A DNA stretch of 64,000 nt from Eledone cirrhosa (taxonomy: Eukaryota), in the NCBI GenBank assembly GCA_964016885.1, contig OZ024740.1:104904001-104968000 (forward strand), in the 5' to 3' direction. The translations under genes were made by a program, and so were the position numbers. Under the pieces are notes generated by a model. It was given only the letters and a program-made list of their open reading frames with translations. It had not been told where the DNA came from and did not search any database. The stretch's first letter is position 1. Every line of letters starts with the position of its first letter. Shown here one piece after another: positions 54,331 to 64,000 of this stretch.

Positions 54331-54541
54331 TGTGGCGGTGATAGTTATAATGGTGGTTATGATTATGGTTGTGATTGTGATGGTTGTGGTAGTGGTAGAA
54401 ATAGTGAAGGCAATGGTAGTAGTAGTGGTGGTAAAGTTATACTGAAAAGTGAGTGGTGAGGTCTTTATGTTATATAGGTTGTGTCATATATGTGTGTATA
54501 TGTGTATGTACTGCTGTAGTTATTATTGTTTAACCCTAGAG

Positions 54542-54705
54542 CAGTCATTGGTAAACTGTGGCTCGTGGGCCACATGTGATGCATTTGGCTTTCTGAGCTG
54601 TATGCCCAATTTCAAAATTGCCGTGAATTTTTTAGCAGTATGGTCTGCCTTCTGATGAATCATATCTTATGCAGCCCACTGCTTGAAAAAGGTTGCCCAT
54701 GCCTG
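54542..54705. mobile_element. hAT/Charlie-type MITE
   Basis: CAGTCATTGGTAAACT ... AGGTTGCCCATGCCTG termini; imperfect 8-bp TSD CCCTAGAG/CCCTAGGA. Confidence 0.7.
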
Positions 54706-55151
54706 CCCTAGGAGGGTGGGTAGGGGTGGAGAATGGGGGTCTTTTGGTACAATTGGTAGGACATCAGATAAAATTCCATTGAAGTATTTGTTCTGGTTCT
54801 TTAAGTTTTGTGTTCAAATCCCACTGAGGTCATCTTTGCCTTTCGTCCTTCTAGGGTCGATAAAATAAAGTAACATTCAAATACTGGAGTCAATTTAATT
54901 AACTTTCCCCTCCTCCTTTGTGCCTGGTGTCGAAATCATTATTGTTTAACCTTAAATCCACGCTGATTAAACAAACTTTATCTAAATCAAACTAATCATG
55001 TACATCCCATCAATAACTATGTTAATGCTAACATATTTAATGCAGTAACCATTAAAAAAACCAGTTATGTGACGTGGAAAATCATTGTTAGTCAATAACA
55101 AATAGTTTAAAATTTTTTGGCAAGCATGGGAGACAACTTCAGTATGTTTAG

Positions 55152-55372
55152 CCCTTTAGCAATTAAACCAGCTGTATCTGGCCAGAATTCTCTCACTTCT
55201 TTCTGTTCAAACCAACAATAACTGACCACTCATACTGATGTTAAAGTATTTTTCTCAAAATAAATAATATCAAAATCTCATAGATTCAATATTGTGTGAG
55301 ATAATTATGTAAGGTCAAGCCTTTACCGTGAAAATACAATAGTAAATATAGAGTAATGTAAATGCTAAAGGG
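55152..55372. mobile_element. piggyBac-type MITE
   Basis: TTAG|CCCTTTAGCA ... TGCTAAAGGG|TTAA. Confidence 0.65.
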
Positions 55373-55526
55373 TTAAGGCTTATTAGATACCCTAAGTAAA
55401 ATAGTGTTTTTGTTCCTTGTATGAACATAAATAAATAATAAATAATATATCAGCTTTCAGTCCTGATTGAGCACTCTTTTCCTTTTTCACATCCACTGAT
55501 ATTTTACTATATATACATATATACAA

Positions 55527-58211
55527 ATTAGCGACCTCATAGTCAGGACGAGACGTATTCGACAACAGAAGAGGACTATCCTCAGGAGAAAAATATGGAA
55601 ATTAAAGGACCCCACAGCCAGTAATAAATTTAAAAGCATATTACTTGATGCTTTTGATAGTAAGGAAGAGCAATTAGAGTCGTACAATATAGAGGAACAG
55701 TGGGAATTCCTGAAAGCTAACCTGCTGAAGGCGACAGATGAAACCTGTGGCTGGAGCAGGCCTATAGGTGGGAGGAGAGTAACTTGGTGGTGGAACAGTA
55801 AGGTGGAGAGGTCAATCAAGGCCAAAAAGCAGGCTTGGAAAGCATGGCGGGATGGAGGCAATAGAGAAGACTATCAAGTGGCCAGGAGGGAAGCTAGTAG
55901 ACAAGTGTACTTCACAAGAAGGGAAGCAGAGGAAAGAAAGTTCAAGCATTTTCTACAACACGAGGACCAAAAACGTGAGGTGTTCAGGATTGCTAGGCAA
56001 TGTGTCAAGGAAAACAGTGATATTGTCGGGGAGAAGTGTGTCCTTAATGATGATGGTGTACTTGCCATCACTGACGCTGATAAGAAGGTAGCTTAGAAGT
56101 GTCACTACGAAAGGCTACTAAATGAGGAGAATAATTGGGAGAAAGACAGTCTCCCCCACATCGACCCAATAGAGGGACCAGCAGTGCAAGTTGAAGGTAG
56201 TATAATAAGTAAGGCGATCAAAGACATGAAGACGGGCAAGGCGGCCGGGCCTTCGGAAATAGTTGCCGAAATGCTGAAAGCATCCGGAATGGTGGGACAC
56301 ACTATGGTCACCCGGATAGTAAACCAAGTCATACAGAATGGGTCGTTCCGAAGGACTGGCACAGCAGCATCATCATTAACTGCTACAAGGGTAAAGGTGA
56401 TGCCCTAGATAGGGGAAACTATAGAAGCATTAAATTAATCGACCAGGTCATGAAGGTCACAGAAAAAGTAATAGCGCAACTAATCAGAGAGCGAATTGAT
56501 CTAGACGAAATGCAGTTCGGGTTTGTGTCAGGTAAAAGTACAACAGACGCTCTTTTCATTGTACGACAACTACAGGTGAAGTACCTAGCTAAAAGTAAAC
56601 CCCTATACTTAGCTTTTGTTGACTTGGAGAAAGCCTTTGACAGAGTACCCCGCTCGATTATCTGGTGGGCCCTTAGGTGTTGATGAATGGCTTGTGAGAG
56701 CTATACAAGCCATGTATAAAGAAACAGTCAGCAAGGTTAGAATTAACAACGAATATAGTGAAGAGTTTAGCGTAAAAGTTGGTGTTCATCAGAGCTCCAT
56801 CCTTATCCCCCTACTATTTATTATTGCCCTTCAGACTATAACAGAGGAGTTCAAGACCGGCTGCCCATGGGAACTCCTATATGCAGATGATCTAACGCTC
56901 ATAGCTGAATCAAAGGCTGAACTAGAGAAGAAATTCAAAACATGGAAGCATGGCCTAGAATCAAAAGGCCTTAAAGTTAACTTGTCTAAGACTAAAGTTC
57001 TAGTTTGTAGGAAGGAAAATAGGGCACCGGTCCAATCAGGGAAATGGCCATGCTTAGTGTGTAGGAAAGGAGTAGGTAGAAACTCCATTTTATGTCCCAA
57101 ATGCAAAGTATGGGTACATAAAAGATGTAGTGGGATCACAGCTAAGCTAACTAAGAATATAGATTTTATATGTGGCCGGTGCTCTGGTGCAATAAGTAGC
57201 AGCAAGTGCCCACAGAATACTAACTCATTCCATTGCACAGATGGTTCTATAGAAATAGTGGATGGTTCTAAATCAGTAGTGGGGAGGGTGCTCTGAAAGT
57301 ACAGTAGCTAGAGTCAGAACGGGATGGAAAAAGTTCAGAGAGCTTATACCACTATTGGCCGCTAAAGGGTTCTCTCTAAAAATGAAAGGCAGGCTGTATG
57401 ATGCCTGCATACGAACAGCAATGTTACATGGCAGTGAGACCTGGGCATTGTGTGCAGAGGATATACGCAGATTGGAGAGAAACGAAGCTTCCATGCTCCG
57501 CTGGATGTGTAATAGTAATATACGTGAACGGCAAAGCATAAACGAAATAAGGGAGAAATTAGGAATAAGCGGGATCAGATGTTGTTTACTCGAGAGAAGA
57601 CTACATTGGTATGGTCACGTGATGCGCATGAAAGACGACAGCTGTATAAAAAAGTGCAGGGCAATAAAAATAGACGGTAGCCACGGAGTAGGCACTCCCA
57701 GAAAAATCTGGGACGACTTGATAAATTCCGACCTCACACACTTACACCTCTCCAAGACAATGTCACTGGACCGAGATCTTTGGCACTACACAGTAATAGA
57801 GAAGACCCGTCTTACCTAAGTGCAAAGTGAAACCTACTACAGTCAGTAGGCACCTCTAACAAAATACACCCCCGTCCCACTACCCCTACCCCATCCACAC
57901 CGCCCCTTTCAATGTAAAGTTATGTTGGTACCACAACATCCAGCCCGAAACAAATGAGGTCGTGTAGGTGTCACGACAAAAAAACACACAGTCCACGCTG
58001 TAATGTGGCCGTGTAGGTAACACGTTAAAAACCTCCCAGTTCCACACTATAAATGTGGTTGGTGTTAGGAACGGCATCCAGCCATAGAAAACCCGCCAGA
58101 CAGTCCTATGCGAGCAAGACAACTACTCTTGCCTCAAGTGGGAAAACTCCCGTCCAAACCCATGCAAGCATGGAATATGGACGTTAAACGATGATGATGA
58201 TGATGATGATG
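55527..58211 (+). mobile_element. RTE LINE family 1, 5'-truncated, with stops/frameshifts, intact 3' UTR and (GAT)n tail
   Basis: Colinear with 18122-20838; split into ORFs 55803, 56184, 56450, 56616 and 57355. Confidence 0.93.
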
Positions 58212-58480
58212 ATATATATACGGGGTGTATAAAAAAAAGCATCTAATTTTATTTACAATTTTTACAAATGCTCAATATATAAAGTTATAAAAAAAAGTGT
58301 AAAACTTTATACTCAGACACGTATTGTACAGACACACATATCTGTATATATATAATTGGTGTGGGATGCTTAAAGCGTCCGTAAGCGGTATGCCGTTTGA
58401 GTACTCGATGCTCTTGCAGAGCAGAGTATGATATCACATAAGAAACGGAGAAATCTTGAAAATTCTGCTTCGTAGAATCG

Positions 58481-58577
58481 AGACATATCTGAGGACCTTG
58501 CGATTTCAGAGTCAGGTTCGATCATTACATTGATCGTGCCTCGACCTGGTCGTCAGAGAAACGATTGTAATATGTCT
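58481..58577 (+). ncRNA. Hammerhead fold inside a short element (58435-58623) bounded by an 18-bp inverted repeat
   Basis: AGACATAT-CTGAGGA-(long imperfect stem II)-GAAA-CGATTG-TA-ATATGTCT: perfect 8-bp stem I; flanks CACATAAGAAACGGAGAA / TTCTCCGTTTCTTATGTG. Confidence 0.65.
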
Positions 58578-58639
58578 AATAAATTTTATTTCGTCGCAAC
58601 ACTGATTCTCCGTTTCTTATGTGATATATATATATCTAT

Positions 58640-59264
58640 ATTCTAGGGCAGGTAAAATTCCCGAGATCCATGGACGAGTTCTCTCCAGCGGTCTCTATCC
58701 CTCATTATCGCTGCCATGTCCTGTGTCTCCAACAGACCAGTGTCTGTCCTTAGGGCATCAACATACGTTAACCTTGGTCTTCCTCTTCCAGTGTGTCCAT
58801 GAAGGGGCTCCCACAGGAGCAGTGAGTGCAATGTCAACTCTGGATGTCGGTGAGCATGTCCAGCTAACCTTAATCTCCTCTGTGTCACTTTTGAGCTGAC
58901 TTTTGGGAGGCTCCCATACAGCTCTGAGTTGAGAAGCCAGAGGGGATCACTAATGTAGGCGGGAAGCCGCTAGAATCGGTTGAGGACTTCCTGTATTTGG
59001 TAGCAAAGATTGGGAATACGGAAAATGATGTGGTTGAGAGGAAGAGCAAAGCCAGTTTGAGATCAGTGTGGAAGTCGGACCTTCATAAAAACCTGAAAAT
59101 CCGCCTCTTCATTGCTGTAGTGGAGTCTGTGCTGCTGTACGGGTCTGAGACTTGGACACTGACCAAGAAACTCACTCAGATGGTGGATGGGTGCTACACG
59201 AGAATGATGAGGATGGTTCTGAACATTAATCAATATACACTGAGGATGAAAAACTCAGAGCTGT
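58640..59264 (-). mobile_element. RTE-like LINE family 3 with 5' inversion
   Basis: 58643-58930 (-) is the 3' end (RRLRLAGH..GRGRPRLTY); 58931-59264 (+) is the upstream part; both breakpoints share AACTCAGAGCTGT. Confidence 0.82.
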
Positions 59265-59271
59265 GTGTGTG

Positions 59272-60500
59272 TTTCGTACATTTCAGATCGGCCCTCCCAG
59301 CCGGCGCTAAGTTCAGATACATAAGGAACGAACTAACACGTATCCGGAACAAATGCACCGACGCAAGAGACCGAGACACACACACCACACATTTCCTGGA
59401 AGTACTCAAACTGAATGGATACCCGACGTCCACCATGAACCGTGCCAGAAAGAACAGAGGACACCACACCCGAGGCACTAACACCTGCTTCCTGAAGCTC
59501 CCACACTTCAGCGACAAAACAACAACAGCCATCCGCAGAGCTATCAGACGAGAGGGACTAGATATCCAACTAGCCCACTCAGGACCTTCTCTACGCGGAC
59601 AGTTAACCAAAAGACACTCCACCAGACATGACAGCCGCTGCAGGCTAGCCAACTGCCCCATCAACGACACAGACCTATGCCACCAGGCCTGCGTCGTATA
59701 CAGATTAGAATGCGACAAATGCAGCAATTTCTATGTAGGTAGCACCACCAGACCACTTCACATAAGAATAAAAGAACACCTCAATACTAACGCTTCCTCA
59801 TTTAAGAAACACCTAGTGAAATGCAAAAACACCGACAAAAACATAACAGTTAGTATAGCAATTAAGGAAAGAAAGCTCGGCAATCTTAGAATTAAGGAAG
59901 CATTGATCATAGACAAAACACCAATCAATAATAGACTAGAACTCAACACCCAATTTTTAACATGATAGAGCACCTAGCCCCACACTTACACCCCCTCTCT
60001 CACACACACACACACACGCTTACACCTCCACTTATTCTCTCACACACACACAAAGACCAGTTTTAACATGATAGAGCATCTAACCCCCACATTTACGTAT
60101 AGACATATCTTCTCACACTCACACACACACTTACACCTTCACGTATTCTCCCACACACTTAAACATACATGTACAAAACCCCTTTTAAAGGGAGACTACT
60201 CTTTATCCACCTAACCTTCACTCTCTGACATTAGAGATAGAATGGAATCTCTATACCATTTCCTGTCAGCATGACTTGGCAAGCTAATTAGAACACTGGA
60301 TTAACCCCTTTACTTCCTCCGAAGAAGAGATATATCTCGAAAATTAAGGATATTTAAATAAATTTAAGGTAAAAGACTAATTGTCAACAATATCTTTTGC
60401 ATTTGCATTTATATTCTATATCAATACCTGCATTGTCTTGGCCTTACAACTCCAAACGTTTATACCTCATTACACAATGCTTCAAGTGAACTACAACTTT
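59272..60500 (+). mobile_element. 5'-truncated Penelope-like element (thumb/linker + GIY-YIG, 3' region with hammerhead-like motif)
   Basis: HFRSALP..LNGYP..LKLPH..CRLANCPI..VVYRLECDKCSNFYVGSTTRPLHIRIKEH..IKEALII..INNR; motif TCCT-CCGAAGA-A-GAGA-TATA-TCTC-GAAA-AT-TA-AGGA at 60315-60350. Confidence 0.88.
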
Positions 60501-60502
60501 CT

Positions 60503-60655
<153 letters not shown>

Positions 60656-60656
60656 A

Positions 60657-61041
60657 AGGCACATGGCTTAGTGGTTGGAGCATTGGGCTTGCAATCGAAA
60701 GGTTGTGAGTTCAATTCTCGGACCGGGTGATTTTGTTGTTTCCTTGAGCAAGACAATTTATTTCACATTGCTCCAGTTTACTCACCTGAAAATGAGTATC
60801 AGCAATATACATTACCAATGGCTGGAGGTTTAACCCTGCGATGGACTGGCGTCCTGTCTTGTGCTCTCAGTCGCTTCACGCCATGCAAAGATTGGGAATA
60901 CGGAAGCCGGGATAAGCACCGGGCAAATGAGCCTTCTGGCTTAAGACAGACTTTAGACTTACGGCCTGCTCGCCCAGCCAGTGGGATGGCGTCATCATTA
61001 TGGCTAAAACAGAATGGCGCCCGACAGACTGGTCGGTCAAG

Positions 61042-61045
<4 letters not shown>
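60657..61045 (+). mobile_element. Composite tRNA SINE: CORE-type head with a different, V-domain-like 3' part
   Basis: Head as in 30300; then AACCCTGCGATGGACTGGCGTCCTGTC and CGGGATAAGC..ATGAGCC, resembling V-SINE central sequence. Confidence 0.6.
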
Positions 61046-61082
<37 letters not shown>

Positions 61083-61140
61083 TATATATATATATATATA
61101 TAAGCCCCACTTTCTAATATATATATATATGTATATATAT

Positions 61141-61218
61141 GGGCATTGTGTGCAGAGGATATACGCAGACTGGAGAGGAACGAAGCTTGCATGCTCCGCT
61201 GGATGTATAATAGTAATA
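61141..61218 (+). mobile_element. 78-bp internal RTE family 1 fragment
   Basis: GGGCATTGTGTGCAGAGGATATACGCAGACTGGAGAGGAACGAAGCTTGCATGCTCCGCTGG matches 20064-20140. Confidence 0.85.
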
Positions 61219-62174
61219 CTAGACATGAAAAATGCGCAAGCTCAAAAGTGCCACAGAATGTTATAATAAACCTTCAAAAGTGTGGGACTAGAGTTGTTGC
61301 TAAAAAATATTGTAATCATTATATATCGTACATTCTGTGGCATCCTTTATAAAAATAGCTTAAACCAACGAAGCCTTTATTTTTACGCTATTTCACTTAG
61401 TTAATTCTTAGAGTGTAACATATAAAAATATGATTTACAACTATAAAATAAATTAATTAATATAATAACAGAGCTGCGGAGCTGAAATTTAGGAAATAAT
61501 GGAGTATCGGATCCTGAGTTGGAGCCAGTCAATTTTTGGCCGACTCCGCAGCCCTGTATAATACATTTCATATTAAAGTTATTAATAAACCTATTTTACA
61601 CTTCATGCAAATTACCACGAGATATTGATATTAGATATAAGATACAGCGCAATATCTACAGCTGTAAAAGTACGAAAGCGAAGTAATAATAAGTGGCTTA
61701 AGGTAATTCCAATATGAAAGTTTGTAGTGATAAAAATTTGATAATGCAATACGATTGTTAATATTATAGTTCTATGAAAATGTAACAATAGATAAATATA
61801 CTAATAGTAAAATAATTTAGTTAAGAAATTATCATTATAGATTTGATCGTTCATATAAGCATCATATTAAGTTTCAACACAATTATTTTGTTACTATGAG
61901 TATATGATAATAATATTACGTAATTATTTATAGCTGTTATTACATTAAACATAGATGTATTTATTTTTATATGTTACACTCTAAGAATTAACTAAGTGAA
62001 ATAGCGTAAAAATAAAGGCTTCGTTGGTTTAAGCTATTTTTATAAAGGATGCCACAGAATGTACGATATATAATGATTACAATATTTTTTAGCAACAACT
62101 CTAGTCCCACACTTTTGAAGGTTTATTATAACATTCTGTGGCACTTTTGAGCTTGCGCATTTTTCATGTCTAGT
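61218..62174. repeat. Apparently perfect ~212-bp inverted repeat with ~530-bp spacer
   Basis: 61218-61430 is the reverse complement of ~61963-62174; no TSD seen. Confidence 0.93.
61469..61556. mobile_element. Tiny hAT-type MITE
   Basis: CAGAGCTGCGGAG ... CTCCGCAGCCCTG termini; 8-bp TSD TATAATAA/TATAATAC. Confidence 0.7.
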
Positions 62175-63291
62175 TTAATATTTTTTTAAGGCAACGCTTG
62201 TAATAACTCTAGTTAAACAGGATATATATTAATAATAAATTATCGTTGTAATGTAATTAGATTATGTAATTGTTATTATAAATTATCTTATAAATATTAG
62301 TGTAAGATGTATAAAAATATTTTCAGACTTTTAATATAAACAACTACAAAAAACAATCAATATTAAATCAATATATTATACATAATAGAAAACATAAAAT
62401 ATACAATACAAAAACAAAATATTTACATACAATTGCAATTATCAGTGTATATACATTTTCTTTATATTCCCTGAGCAAATTAATAAGATTTGTTTTTATT
62501 GTACATAATTTGATGACTTGTTGGAGTGTATTAAAAGATAGCAACAATTTGTGATTAAATTGTTATCTTAAGCAACTCACTTTTTAATAGTTGTTGGCTG
62601 AGCGAAATTGTAAAAGCCTATGAGCAAATATAAAAAAAAATACACAAACAACATTTCCTTGTGTTATTACAACATTAGATAAAATAATTGAGCAATGTCG
62701 TTATATTTTGCTCTTATTGCACATTAATAGTGTTTCTATTTTTCGGCACAAATCCATTACGGCAGTCCATTACTGGTACTTTATTTTATCGAATTAGTAA
62801 GTATGAAAGTCGAAGTTAACCTCGGCAGGATTTGAACTTAGAATGCAAAGGACCATAACAATACTGCAAAGCATGGTGTCTGACGCTCTACCAATACTTG
62901 TGTTGAGCTGGTCATTAATTTATGGTGGTCGTGCGTGGAGTAGAGCAATCGCTAGTTGAAATATTATGAACAAAACATTTTTATTTGCCGAAGAACATAT
63001 TTTCAATACTGTTTGTGAATGTGACGAAGGAAATACATTCTGATATGGAACAGTGTACAAAGTGTGTCTGTGAATAACATAATGTTACCTCATGTTGTTG
63101 TCAAGACATAATGGATTTCGTATATCCAGTTAGAAGATGAAACCTAGCCATCTCGGATTAGTTATATTTCATGCCATGTGTAAACGTGTTTGAGGATAGC
63201 AAAATATGCGCGTTAATTATAATAATTAGTTAATAATATTACAAAATATACCTAATTAAACTCTTTGCTTGAAATTTTATCATTCTTCGTT

Positions 63292-63328
<37 letters not shown>

Positions 63329-64000
63329 GGAGAGAGAGAGAGATTTATCTAGTCCTTCGCTCAAGATTAATCTATAAGTTTAGATGTTTGCCTTCGTTTA
63401 AGTAAATATTACAGTAAGATTTTTAATATAAACAACTACAAAAAACAATTAATATTAAAACGAAAAAATTATCAATGATAAAAGAAGCGGATGCAACTTT
63501 TTTTTTTATAAAGTTATATTCCTGTTTCTTTAAAGAACATTTCATTTTTGTTCTATTGTAGGCGAAATAATGCAATGGTTTAATAGGGAAGATATAACTT
63601 ACGAATTATGTCTCTAACCGTGTAACGCTTTTTAAGTAGATAACTACAATTGAAAATACTAAAGAAATGGAACCAACAATTCAATTTGAAAGTCGTCTAG
63701 TGACAGTGTATTACTGGTACTTTATTTTATCGACCCCGTAACGATGAAAGGCAAAAATGCAAATGCTTAAAATTTAAATTGCCTTAATTCTATCGTCTGC
63801 TGTTTCATTAAAGGGAGATTATCGTCTGTATTTAATTCTATCGTCTACTGTTCCACTAAACAGATATACCTCCACTATCGTCTCTATTTATACATTTTAA
63901 CTTATAACTTATACACATTTGATTTGAAATATTTTATCTAGTCCCCCCTCTCAATATTATGATGATTTCTTTCGAATGAAACAGTTCTAGTCCTGTAGAA

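Noticed and set aside
47324-54445. 2373-aa (MVVVV)n ORF, and the stop-poor (GDGCG)n or reverse-strand (TTTIT)n/(PQPSP)n frames, as a structural or mucin-like gene
   Set aside because: Openness follows from a stop-free 15-bp unit; no unique domain, signal peptide or supportable splice context
61218-62174. Long-TIR (Mutator/foldback) transposon
   Set aside because: No TSD, no transposase remnant, and the left arm is fused to a truncated LINE fragment
62200-64000. Possible host exons in the AT-rich unique-looking tail of the window
   Set aside because: No ORF or protein motif I can support; short exons cannot be excluded without transcript data

Overview
Repeat-saturated, AT-rich animal non-coding DNA. 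The CORE- and Meta-type tRNA SINEs, RTE LINEs with (GAT)n tails and very long (TA)n runs suggest a cephalopod such as octopus, but that is inference. No host protein-coding gene could be supported. The window holds a ~30-bp minisatellite (1-2340), a 5'-truncated CR1/L2-group LINE with one nonsense mutation, and at least three RTE-clade LINE families, two copies of which show twin-priming-type 5' inversions. It also holds three Penelope-like (PLE) GIY-YIG remnants, SINEs, mariner/hAT/piggyBac-type MITEs and a 7-kb 15-bp minisatellite with higher-order structure. The main hidden signal is a dense set of type I hammerhead ribozyme motifs read directly from the sequence: about a dozen complete or near-complete folds from ~9 unrelated sequence families, plus several half-ribozymes. 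They have palindromic stem III (dimer-type), and three families carry the U3-A8 core covariation (UUGAAAA). Many sit as divergent pairs in fold-back inverted repeats within (TA)n microsatellites, and three lie downstream of PLE endonuclease ORF ends. Coordinates were read by eye and may be off by a few nt.
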